A stretch of 64,000 nucleotides of DNA, taken from assembly GCA_963827685.1 (NCBI GenBank), contig CAWHBU010000004.1, positions 448,001 to 512,000 of the forward strand, given 5' to 3'. How positions within the stretch are numbered: position 1 is the stretch's first letter; each line of letters opens with the position of its first letter. Under the pieces are notes generated by a model. The model saw only the letters and a program-made list of their open reading frames with translations, made no database searches and was not told where the DNA came from. Positions 49,260-57,925 of the stretch are shown here, one piece after another. Position numbers and translations under genes: made by a program. The DNA is from an uncultured delta proteobacterium. Its GTDB lineage: Bacteria; Desulfobacterota; BSN033; UBA1163.

Positions 49260-49915
49260 AGTTTAAACTTGTGGTTTTCGATCTTGACGGAGTTCTTGTA
49301 AATGAGCCAAGTGCATGGTGGACATTGCATCACGCCTTTGGTACTTTCGAGGCATCGAAAGAAAATTTGCGTGCTTATGAAGCAGGCATTATCGATTACC
49401 CTGAATTCATGAGGAGAGATATACATCTCTGGGGTATACGCAGTATCAAGGAGGTAGAAACCGTGCTACACAATTTTACTCTCTCCGAAGGCGCCTTGGA
49501 AGTCTGCGATATTCTGCGCCAACGAGGATATCAAATTGCTATCCTGAGTGCAGGGATTGACATCATCGCTCGTGCTGTTTCCGGGAAACTGGGAATAGAA
49601 TACTGGGTTGCTAACGGTCTGAAAGTAGATGCAAAAGGTCTATTAACAGGTGAGGGGATATTCAGAGTTGATCTTAAAGAAAAGGAAAGAGCTCTCAAGA
49701 AACTTGTTGGGCCCCTAGGAATAGCATTCCCTGATGTAGCAGCCATCGGTGATAGCAAGCATGACGTTTCCTTTATGCAGGCTTGTGGGGTTGGAATTGC
49801 TCTAACTAGATGCGATATTTGTGAAGAATCTGAGCCTTGGGTGAAAGCTTTTCACAGGATAATTTGCCTTGCTGACCTTCCGGGGACTTTGACGAAAATT
49901 GAGGGACCGCAATGA
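49256..49915 (+). CDS. HAD-IB phosphoserine-phosphatase-like hydrolase
   Basis: 'VFDLDGVL', 'ILSAG', 'AIGDSKHD'; TTG start overlaps the upstream TGA. Confidence 0.85.
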   Translation: MKFKLVVFDLDGVLVNEPSAWWTLHHAFGTFEASKENLRAYEAGIIDYPEFMRRDIHLWGIRSIKEVETVLHNFTLSEGALEVCDILRQRGYQIAILSAGIDIIARAVSGKLGIEYWVANGLKVDAKGLLTGEGIFRVDLKEKERALKKLVGPLGIAFPDVAAIGDSKHDVSFMQACGVGIALTRCDICEESEPWVKAFHRIICLADLPGTLTKIEGPQ

Positions 49916-49929
49916 ATGGACCCAATGAA

Positions 49930-50200
49930 TGGGGTCAATTTTTCATCGTTGATAAGCCATATAAGAATATGCTGAAGCCCTGAAATGGTAAGGCCGCTTC
50001 GGAGGAGAAAGGAGTTCTTCGTCAGATGGGGATGGAGTTACATTACCGGGTAGGAGGACTGAGAGGCCGGGAAATAGGAGAGCTTTTCCGAGGGGGTGAC
50101 AGATCGGTGACCCAGGAGTGAAAGAGATTGAGGGATCGGCTAAGCGATGATCGGAATACTCAGAATCTTGGAAAATATAACGATTGAAGAATTGGCCCCC
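49930..50200 (+). pseudogene. Degenerate remnant resembling the C-terminal HTH of a REP-associated (Y1) transposase
   Basis: Broken reading 'GVLRQM..ME..YRVGGLRGREIGELF...RLRDRL'; bounded by TGGGGTCAATT and AATTGGCCCC. Confidence 0.4.
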
Positions 50201-50291
50201 TGGTTCCCTTCTTAAGCCAGAAAATGGTAAATGTTTTTAACGTGGTCTTCAAAGGTTGAAGCATAGAGAGCTTGCCTGCTCTTAAGATCTT

Positions 50292-51119
50292 CTATGAACA
50301 CACCTCCTTTGCAGGTTCCTTTAAGTATTGCCCCAAAATCGATTTTGAAAACAATCCATTCGAAAAAGAGACATACGTTATTAGATGCGACTCCTCTGGA
50401 ATTATAACAAATCTATGTAATGGCTTATAGGATTTGCTCATTAGTCGCTCTATTAACAGCTTTCCTGGTTTCACCCCACCTTGGATGAAATCCCTTATGC
50501 CGTCAAACTGTGCTTTAAGCAATTGGTTACCAAGCCAGAAATATAGAAAGTTCATTGCTATTGAGGTGGGAACCCTATCATCCATCAAGTTTCCCTTTAA
50601 TTCAGGAATTATCTTTTCAATTTCGACTTTTTTTATCGACAGTTCTCCGGACAGTTCAGTTTTGACGTTGAAAGGCATTTCGCTGTAAATTTCAACCAAT
50701 TCTTTCCCTAATTTGTTTCTCTTTGACATGCCGTTCAGTATTCTTGTCGCCTCGGTTGGATCACAGATCACCGAACCATTATCCAATTCCTTGGCAGCTA
50801 CTTTGAACTTCCCTTTCTTGAAAAACATATGTACAAAACGACCCAGCTGATCCCTTCCAAGAAATTTTCTTTTTTCTCTGATTTTATCTGCTAACTCAGG
50901 GATCTCCTTGCTTACATTTTCGATAGCAAGACTTATGGATGGATCGTCCCTAAGCTGAGAAATCAATCTTGCCCCTCCTACTTGATTGTTACACTTTGTG
51001 CAAAGCAAGCAGGCCTGTGTAAATCCTCCCACAGATTCAGGGAAAAGATGCTCCCAGCTATCAGGAGTATTTCTATTGCAAAAAAGGCAACGATCCGGCA
51101 GTCCAATTTTGAGTCTCAC
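50292..51119 (-). CDS. HNH endonuclease domain protein; C-terminus possibly frameshifted (would extend to 50212)
   Basis: 'CLFC...SWEHLFPESVGG...LCTKCNN'. Confidence 0.82.
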   Translation of the reverse strand: MRLKIGLPDRCLFCNRNTPDSWEHLFPESVGGFTQACLLCTKCNNQVGGARLISQLRDDPSISLAIENVSKEIPELADKIREKRKFLGRDQLGRFVHMFFKKGKFKVAAKELDNGSVICDPTEATRILNGMSKRNKLGKELVEIYSEMPFNVKTELSGELSIKKVEIEKIIPELKGNLMDDRVPTSIAMNFLYFWLGNQLLKAQFDGIRDFIQGGVKPGKLLIERLMSKSYKPLHRFVIIPEESHLITYVSFSNGLFSKSILGQYLKEPAKEVCS

Positions 51120-51456
51120 CCTATTTCCTTAAGAACTGTAGAGCAGACGTCCTTCAACCGCGTCCAATACCTACGCTCGGCATTTCAAAAGTGGAGAATA
51201 CTAATTGATTTGGTGAATATGATACCTCTTTCGACAAAAGAATTAAAGACCCTCCTCCCTCACCATTTCAGGATACTTCAGAAGGCACTTATCTTGATCC
51301 GGCTTTCTTTTCTCTATGCGGTCTTCACAAACATTTCCAGAAACAATTCCGTGCTTCGGAATTGTTCCCAAATCGCGAATGTTAAATTATTTGTTTTGTT
51401 TGAACCGCTGTGGAATTGAAAAAGAGCAACCAATAACCTGAGAATCGTATCGATAT

Positions 51457-51981
51457 CTATAAGTATCCCAAATTTGTCAAACGATACCTCATCGTGTCTT
51501 CACTAACATTAAATCGCTCGGCCAGATCCTTAATTGAGACTATATTGTTTTCGATACACCTGAGCAGCAACTTTTCTGGAAGAAGTAGCTCAGCGGCAAA
51601 ATGGTTTGCCTCTACCTCATCTAAACCTGACACGTTATCAGCCCGTAAATAAATTTTATCTGGGTCGTTCTTATCGTAATGTAGTACTTCAGCTGAATGA
51701 AGTATATAATGCCCAATTTCATGGGCGATTGTAAACCTGCGTCTGTGTTCATGATGGTTTGAATTGACACCCAGGAATAATTTACCATCTTTTTTGAAAA
51801 AAACCCCCGATATGTTATCAGAGAAAGAATGTTCAATAACCTTGACTTCAAGAGCATCTGTAATTTGTTCCAAGTCTGTTGAAAAGTCCTTAGACCTTCT
51901 TATATTTATATTATCTGGATTAAACCCGCATTGAGAAAGCAATTTTTTTGCTTGTCTTATAGCAAACTTTTTCCCTTTCAT
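51457..51981 (-). CDS. ImmA/IrrE-family zinc metallopeptidase (CapP-like)
   Basis: 'RRRFTIAHEIGH', 'EVEANHFAAELLLP', 'LAERFNVS'. Confidence 0.92.
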   Translation of the reverse strand: MKGKKFAIRQAKKLLSQCGFNPDNINIRRSKDFSTDLEQITDALEVKVIEHSFSDNISGVFFKKDGKLFLGVNSNHHEHRRRFTIAHEIGHYILHSAEVLHYDKNDPDKIYLRADNVSGLDEVEANHFAAELLLPEKLLLRCIENNIVSIKDLAERFNVSEDTMRYRLTNLGYL

Positions 51982-51992
51982 ATTTCACCTCC

Positions 51993-52319
51993 TTACTCTG
52001 CATTTTCAATAAAATCCTTAATTTCTTTTTTCTCAATAGTTTTCAGATCGTTGGCCTGATCTAATAGACCATGAGGTTGAGATCTTGATTTGATTTCCCT
52101 TAAGGAGGGCAAAATATCTCCTGCTTCAATTTCAAGAAAGTCAGCTATTTTATAAAGATCAGAGATATAGATAGCTTGATTACTGTTTTCATAATTGGCA
52201 ATTGAGGCTCTGGAAACACCGATAGCTTTTCCTAACTCTTCTTGAGTAAGGCTTTTGTTTTCACGAAATTGTCTGATTCTCTTGCCTATCTCTATGTAGA
52301 GAAGATCATCGTCAATCAT
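51993..52319 (-). CDS. XRE-family HTH regulator (CapH-like)
   Basis: 'IGKRIRQFR...LTQEELGKAIGVSRASIANYE'. Confidence 0.92.
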   Translation of the reverse strand: MIDDDLLYIEIGKRIRQFRENKSLTQEELGKAIGVSRASIANYENSNQAIYISDLYKIADFLEIEAGDILPSLREIKSRSQPHGLLDQANDLKTIEKKEIKDFIENAE

Positions 52320-52331
52320 ATTGTCCTGCTA

Positions 52332-52361
52332 ATACTACTAATTTCATAAACAACTTGTCAA
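52332..52361 (-). promoter_or_regulatory. Sigma70-type promoter for the HTH-peptidase pair
   Basis: Minus strand TTGACA-N18-TAGTAT. Confidence 0.55.
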
Positions 52362-52480
52362 CATTTATTTTAACCCATTTCTGGGAAAAAACCAACTTCT
52401 TTTAATCGTACTAACATATTAATATCGTTAATTATTTTTTCAAAACATGAGGCCACCTCCTCAAAAAAATGTTTTCAGTA

Positions 52481-52509
52481 TTGACATTTGTATGAATGTT
52501 TGTTAAACT
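52481..52509 (+). promoter_or_regulatory. Sigma70-type promoter for the CBASS operon
   Basis: TTGACA-N17-TAAACT. Confidence 0.65.
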
Positions 52510-52555
52510 GGAACAGAAATTAGTTTAATTGTATAATCCAAATGGAGGAAGAGAA

Positions 52556-52657
52556 ATGAAAAATGAAGCTGGGGCAAGGGGCCGCCCCTCTCCCCTGAAA
52601 CAGGGGATGAGGCAAATACAGCCCAAGCGAAACCGGAGTCGCAAATCGTTCAATTGA
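52556..52657 (+). CDS. Possible 33-aa basic leader ORF
   Basis: GGAGG RBS then MKNEAGARGRPSPLKQGMRQIQPKRNRSRKSFN*. Confidence 0.35.
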   Translation: MKNEAGARGRPSPLKQGMRQIQPKRNRSRKSFN

Positions 52658-52699
52658 TGCTTCAATGGGCTAAAGGGCATGGACGGGTAGGGAATCATA

Positions 52700-53218
52700 A
52701 TGAACTTGGATGATGATCAAAAATTACAGGTTTTACTGGCTGACCTCCAAGAGCGGTACAGTGCTTCCCACATGATACGGGAACGAAGCGTAAAGTTTAC
52801 TCTATGGATTTCAGGAATGGCCATCGGTCTTGGCTGGCTGCTAATAAGTCAGAAGGCTCTTACCCTTCCTCAACAGGTTGCCCTGACACTTCTCATTCTG
52901 GCTCTTTTTGCTGGTACACTCTATTTCTTGATGGGTCTTAGAAGGGGTTTTCAAAAAAACCGTGAGGCCATGATCAATTGCGAATCTGCCTTGGGTATGC
53001 ACGAATCAGGAATCTATTTGAAAGACGTACCCCTTTTGCCCATAGAATACAGGAATACAAATCGTAAATGGAGCGACCATTTCCTTACATTATATATGTG
53101 GTTGATTCTAGTAGCTGTATCATTACTTATCCTTACATGGACCTGTCCCGAGCCGGCAAAAAGCCTTTCACCAAAGGTTAAAAGTCAACAATTGATAGGA
53201 GGTAAAGACAATGTCTGA
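52700..53218 (+). CDS. Putative CBASS membrane effector with about 3 TM helices
   Basis: TM hairpin, polar helix, third TM; overlaps the CD-NTase start. Confidence 0.75.
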   Translation: MNLDDDQKLQVLLADLQERYSASHMIRERSVKFTLWISGMAIGLGWLLISQKALTLPQQVALTLLILALFAGTLYFLMGLRRGFQKNREAMINCESALGMHESGIYLKDVPLLPIEYRNTNRKWSDHFLTLYMWLILVAVSLLILTWTCPEPAKSLSPKVKSQQLIGGKDNV

Positions 53219-54194
53219 TCTAAAGAGTGAATTCAAAACATTTCATGATCGAATTGTGCTAACCCCTGGGAAAAAGGAAGCTCTCAGAAAGGGGCGGAAG
53301 GCTATTCGAGATCGCATTCGAAATTATTTCCGCGAAGAATTAAAGGTGAAATTACCCAAATTTCAGGGGCAGGGCTCCTTTGTAATGGAAACGACAGTAA
53401 ATCCATTGGATGGCGAATTCGACATTGATGACGGTGTTTACCTTCAGCATTTGGATGAAAAAGATGATAGCAAATGGCCCAAACCTGAGACCGTGCATAA
53501 CTGGCTACTTAAAGCCACTGAAGGACATACGAACGAGAAACCCAAAGACAAACGCACTTGCGTTCGCGTTCGGTATGCGGGTCAATACCATGTGGACTTG
53601 CCTTCTTATACAAAACTTGATGGCGACTATTTACTGGCTGAAAAGGGAAATAAGGGCTGGCATCGGAGTGATCCCCTCGCCCTAACCCTCTGGTTCGAGA
53701 ACCATGTAAAGGCTCACGGTGAACAACTTCGCAGGTTAGTTCGATACCTCAAAGCATGGGGGGACTTCCAAACCGGCAGGAGAGGGACGATGCCAAGTGG
53801 ATTGATCTTAACAGTGCTAGCGACCCAATATTTTAGTGCGGATGAAAGGGAGGATGTAGCTTTAGGGAATTTAGCACAGGCCATTTCCAATACTGTTCAT
53901 TCGGTTTTCTGTGTCTATAATCCCGTTGATACCGAAGAAGAACTTACCGCCCACCTGACCGATGAACAAAAGGCACGATTCCAGGAATCCATTTCGGAGT
54001 TGGCCTCTGACGCTGCCAAGGCCACCGACACCGATGACAGTCAGGAGGCATCTAGACTCTGGAGAAGGCAACTCGGTGACCGCTTTCCCTCAATCGAGAC
54101 GGATATGACATTCGGTGACAGGCAGAAAGCCGTCAGTAGTCTTGCTGGAGGATACATGACAAGTAATCCATCAAAACCCTGGGCGATCTCCTGA
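53211..54194 (+). CDS. CBASS cGAS/DncV-like nucleotidyltransferase (CD-NTase)
   Basis: 'QGSF...T...P..GEFDIDDGVY', 'KRTCVRV', 'YHVDLP', 'SDP', 'LVRYLKAW', 'NPV'. Confidence 0.93.
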   Translation: MSDLKSEFKTFHDRIVLTPGKKEALRKGRKAIRDRIRNYFREELKVKLPKFQGQGSFVMETTVNPLDGEFDIDDGVYLQHLDEKDDSKWPKPETVHNWLLKATEGHTNEKPKDKRTCVRVRYAGQYHVDLPSYTKLDGDYLLAEKGNKGWHRSDPLALTLWFENHVKAHGEQLRRLVRYLKAWGDFQTGRRGTMPSGLILTVLATQYFSADEREDVALGNLAQAISNTVHSVFCVYNPVDTEEELTAHLTDEQKARFQESISELASDAAKATDTDDSQEASRLWRRQLGDRFPSIETDMTFGDRQKAVSSLAGGYMTSNPSKPWAIS

Positions 54195-54931
54195 TGACAC
54201 AATGGTATCAAAGGAACCGTGAACTATTTTGCAAGGAACGGAATGCTGTGGTATCAACCTGTCCGTTAATGCGAATGGTAATAGCACCGTTGGGGTTTAG
54301 AATAAACAGAGTATCCTCACTGAAACATGAATCCGCTATTGCCCATGGGACATATTTGCTCAGAATACCTGATTCCAATAAACAGATTGAGTATGGGATT
54401 GTTCTTGTTTTTCCAAACAATTATCCTAAAGAAGCCCCGTTAATGTTCTGTAATGACCCGAAACTGCCCATCGGAGATATCGACCGCCATATAATGAATG
54501 ATGGTATGGCTTGCTTGGGAGTTCATGCCGAAATATATATGCGGTGGCAACCTTCTCTCAATTTTATTAATTTCCTTGAACAGTTCGTTGCGCCTTTCCT
54601 GGCTTGGCAGGCCTATTATGATGTATATCAAAAGCCACCCTTCTGGGGAGAACGATCACATTATGGAAAGGGCATAATTCAATTCTATGCAGAACTACTT
54701 GGTAGAGAACCAGATCCTTCAGTTGCGAATTTTATCCACCTATTGGCTAAAAAGAACTACCCCAAAGGCCACACACTTTGCCCGTGTAATTCAGGATTGA
54801 AATTGAGAAATTGCCACAAAGAGTTTGTGGATGAGATGCGTAAGCGCATTCCATGGCAGGAGGTAGAAAAAGATCTAAACGCCCTATTACTGAGCAATCA
54901 CAGGCTTAAGGAACGTAATCAAGTTATTTAA
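54194..54931 (+). CDS. Prokaryotic E2 (UBC-fold) protein with C-terminal SEC-C motif
   Basis: 'FPNNYPKEAP', 'RHIMNDGMACLG' (catalytic Cys context), 'GERSH', 'CPCNSGLKLRNCH'. Confidence 0.82.
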   Translation: MTQWYQRNRELFCKERNAVVSTCPLMRMVIAPLGFRINRVSSLKHESAIAHGTYLLRIPDSNKQIEYGIVLVFPNNYPKEAPLMFCNDPKLPIGDIDRHIMNDGMACLGVHAEIYMRWQPSLNFINFLEQFVAPFLAWQAYYDVYQKPPFWGERSHYGKGIIQFYAELLGREPDPSVANFIHLLAKKNYPKGHTLCPCNSGLKLRNCHKEFVDEMRKRIPWQEVEKDLNALLLSNHRLKERNQVI

Positions 54932-54945
54932 CTTTTTTGGGCTAC

Positions 54946-54971
54946 GGTATCAGGGCTACACTATTCACAGG
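54946..54971 (+). repeat. Copy of dispersed ~26-bp repeat directly after the CBASS operon
   Basis: GGTATCAGGGCTACACTATTCACAGG versus GGTGTCAGGACTACACTATTCACAAG at 58493. Confidence 0.7.
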
Positions 54972-55024
54972 TAATTGAAACAATAAGAAAAGAAATTTCA
55001 CCTTAATGAGAAAGGAGGTTTCAG

Positions 55025-55315
55025 ATGTCAAAATCTATTCATGACGAAATTGCTTCACGAATTGCTAAAAAATTGGGCACCGAATACAAGGCTCACGAGG
55101 GGATAGACATTGTTAAGGATAAGGTCATTGAAGTGGAAACTAAGAAAAACTCACTTTCTCAAGGCATACGGCAAGTAATTAGATCACAAAAACCAAGGTA
55201 TCTTGCTGTGAATAATCCTAACATTATAAATGCTCTGGAGGTAACAAAAGGGACAGGCGTAGGTGTAATGGGCCCAACAGGGAGAATTATTAAGAGGGCT
55301 TCGAGAAAAGGGTGA
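55025..55315 (+). CDS. Small hypothetical protein, minimal PD-(D/E)xK-like motif
   Basis: Strong RBS AAGGAGGT; 'H...GIDIV...IEVET...Q'. Confidence 0.65.
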   Translation: MSKSIHDEIASRIAKKLGTEYKAHEGIDIVKDKVIEVETKKNSLSQGIRQVIRSQKPRYLAVNNPNIINALEVTKGTGVGVMGPTGRIIKRASRKG

Positions 55316-55395
55316 TTTGGCTTTTGGCGTCATCCATTAGATAGTTGGCCCGGTCAATTGTGGGTTATAATAGCCCTCTTAGATAGGAACAGCGA

Positions 55396-55965
55396 ATGGA
55401 TGGAAGGGGAGATAAGGCAATCTTTGGTCAGCTCCGACAGACACTACCGGGGGTGCGCAAGTGGATCGATGGTTACGTGGAGGCACACGCTCACTTGGCA
55501 GTTCCTGTCGCGGAGCTTGGCTTTGGCAGACTATCACAGTACTTCTATCAAAACCGCCTTGGCACTAGCAAAGCTGTAAAGGTAGATCGTGTGCAGGTTC
55601 CCCCGCTGAGCAAAATGGGAATGCCATACTTCGCCGATTTCGAAGAAACTACGTTTACAGGGATCACTTACATGGACACCTTCTTTCTTGCACCTTCAGT
55701 CCACAGCTGTGAGTCTACTCACTTCCACGAGCTTATCCACGTTGTTCAATGGGACGTATTGGGGCCAGACTTGTTTCTTATGGTTTATGCCGTAGGCCTC
55801 TTGGCACTTGGATATGAAAACTCACCTTTGGAGAGAATGGCTTACGAACTTCAGAGGGAGTTCGAGGCTGGTCACTCCATCCCGCAAGTGGAGTTGCAAG
55901 TCCGAGAAAAGACAGTACTAGTGGCAAAGACTGCAGACATCGGAGAGATCGGTGCCAGGTCTTGA
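55396..55965 (+). CDS. Hypothetical zincin-like protein
   Basis: 'GITY', 'HELIHVVQW', 'PLERMAY'. Confidence 0.7.
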   Translation: MDGRGDKAIFGQLRQTLPGVRKWIDGYVEAHAHLAVPVAELGFGRLSQYFYQNRLGTSKAVKVDRVQVPPLSKMGMPYFADFEETTFTGITYMDTFFLAPSVHSCESTHFHELIHVVQWDVLGPDLFLMVYAVGLLALGYENSPLERMAYELQREFEAGHSIPQVELQVREKTVLVAKTADIGEIGARS

Positions 55966-56025
55966 CGGGCTCCTACTCAAATGGCCCAATTCAAAAATGT
56001 CTGAAAATTTAAGTTTCGATGAATG
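55958..56025. repeat. IS-end remnant duplicated at 61905-61971
   Basis: GGTCTTGACGG...GCCCAATTCAAAAAT(G/A)TCTGAAAATTTAAGTTTCGATGAATG present in both places. Confidence 0.75.
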
Positions 56026-56456
56026 GCAATTCAGGGGGGCGTCCAGAAAATTATAAGAATCTTATAAGGGATTTAGGTCATCCGCAAAAAAGCTGGCCCA
56101 CCCAATTGTCGAATGCGGATTGCGGAATGGGGAATTCAAAATATTAGAAACAGCATGGATCAGAGCGCAAAGGGCATGGTGTAAACCTCAAAGTTGAAAG
56201 CTCAAAGTCCTCGTTCACTCATTTTATCTCGCCAGCAGAACAAAAAATCAGTTGACATTGTGATATAAACGGATTATGTGAGGCTTTGGGGTCAAAGCTA
56301 CATTATACACTTTGCTTGATACAGAACGAGAGGGCTCTGGGCTTAGAAATTAAGGTGAGTCGGGTCTCGGGTCGGACCCAGTGAACTGCTTGATCGAATT
56401 AATGAACTATCGGGACGTTCGTGCAGAGCGTGCTTGGAAGTATCAGGAATCACGTG

Positions 56457-56560
56457 GCATCCATAAAAAAGCTGGCCCATTCGATTGCAGAATGCGGATT
56501 TCGGATTGCGGACTGCGAATGCCGAATTCAAAACTAAAAACAGCATAGCGCATAGCGTCC
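56457..56560 (+). repeat. ~100-bp direct repeat (copy 1) flanking the AbrB-PIN module
   Basis: CATCCATAAAAAAGCTGGCCCATTCGATTGCAGAATGCG...AAAACTAAAAACAGCAT...AGCGTC; second copy at 57374-57505. Confidence 0.8.
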
Positions 56561-56600
56561 AGTAGATGTTAGACAGCAATAAAGGTTGAATTTAAGGGAA

Positions 56601-56629
56601 TATTCTGATATATTGAGATTATCAGAATA
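56601..56629. promoter_or_regulatory. Inverted-repeat operator upstream of the antitoxin
   Basis: TATTCTGATA-N9-TATCAGAATA, a perfect 10-bp IR next to the RBS. Confidence 0.65.
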
Positions 56630-56641
56630 AGGAGGATTTTT

Positions 56642-56929
56642 ATGGAAAATATGGCTACCGCCCCTAAATTGGTGCGAGTCAGATCAAAGGGTCAACTCAC
56701 CATCCCGCAGGATATGAGAGAGGCCTTAAGTCTTGATGAGAGTACAGGTCTCAATATCTTTCGGGTTGGCAAGGTATTGATTCTATCTCCCAAACGCTTG
56801 CAACGGGCCTCATTGGCTAAGGAAGTAGAGCGAGAAATGAAGCGTCAAGGATTGACCTTGAAAGATCTCATTTCAGATCTACGGGTTCAAAGGGAGAAAT
56901 ACCTTGCGGAAGCCTACTCAGAAGATTAA
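56642..56929 (+). CDS. AbrB/MazE/SpoVT-family antitoxin
   Basis: 'VRSKGQLTIPQDMREAL'. Confidence 0.88.
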   Translation: MENMATAPKLVRVRSKGQLTIPQDMREALSLDESTGLNIFRVGKVLILSPKRLQRASLAKEVEREMKRQGLTLKDLISDLRVQREKYLAEAYSED

Positions 56930-57359
56930 GGTTTTTATCGACACCAACGTCCTTATTGCTGGAGTCAATTCGGTTACCGGAGCATCAGCAACCATCCTGG
57001 ACTTATGTGAGGCACGAGTTCTGCAGATGGTGGTTAGTCGGCAAGTTTTAATTGAGGCCGACAGAAATTTTGCAGCGAAGTTTCCCCAATTGGTTGGCCG
57101 TTTCCGTCAATTCATGCACAATTTAGCCCCTCTCATGGTTGAGGACCCAACGCCGGAGTCTATGGAAAAGGCGGCCACTATCATTGATCGCAAGGATGCG
57201 CCCATACTGGCTGCGGCAGAGAATGCCAATGTAGATTTTCTAATTACATTAGATAAGAAGCACTTTCTCAATCCAAAAACGAGACAGAAAGTAATGTTGA
57301 AGGTGGTAAGCCCAATAGAATTCCTACAATCCTTTGAGAAATTATTCCTTGAAGAATAA
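56904..57359 (+). CDS. PIN-domain toxin
   Basis: 'VFIDTNVL', 'KDAPILAAA', 'LITLDKKHF'. Confidence 0.9.
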   Translation: MRKPTQKIKVFIDTNVLIAGVNSVTGASATILDLCEARVLQMVVSRQVLIEADRNFAAKFPQLVGRFRQFMHNLAPLMVEDPTPESMEKAATIIDRKDAPILAAAENANVDFLITLDKKHFLNPKTRQKVMLKVVSPIEFLQSFEKLFLEE

Positions 57360-57373
57360 CTTAGATGTCCGGT

Positions 57374-57505
57374 GTCATCCATAAAAAAGTTGGCCCATTC
57401 GATTGCAGAATGCGCCTGCCTGCGCGAAGCCGCTCCGGCGGAGGCAGGGATTTCGGATTGCTGATTGCGGAATTTAAAACTAAAAAGAGCATGGAGCACA
57501 GCGTC
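57374..57505 (+). repeat. ~100-bp direct repeat (copy 2) carrying a 34-bp palindromic insertion at 57415-57448
   Basis: Aligns to 56457-56560 except for CCTGCCTGCGCGAAGCCGCTCCGGCGGAGGCAGG. Confidence 0.8.
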
Positions 57506-57925
57506 AACAATAAACCACTTGTTGGGGCATCGAGGAATCGATGGTTGAGAAGCAGGAGACATGGTATTACCCCCAAATTCCGCTTTCTCCTGACCGAACC
57601 CGGAGCAAAGGCTATTTCAAGTCGACTTGGTCAAGAACTCGGGTGAGCGAGATGACGATATGCCGCCAACCTGATGATTACAAAAAAGTCAGAGATTCAC
57701 GTGACAACCCCTGTCTTTCTCCGAACAGATCTTCCATCCATTCCAAGCCGTGTCCGATCTCTTCCTTGCTGAAGCCAATGGTGATATTGACGCCACCATT
57801 CTGATTATGTAGACTTTTAATATATATGGAGAAGGAGAGCATTCCGTTCAAAATTCTTCGCTTCGTTTGCGCCTCTCGCGGGATAGAGCTTAGAGATACA
57901 ACCCATTTACGAAAGGAGACGCCAT

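Noticed and set aside
51457-52319. Prophage or ICE immunity module (ImmR/ImmA)
   Set aside because: No integrase, phage or conjugation genes nearby; position divergent from CBASS fits CapH/CapP better
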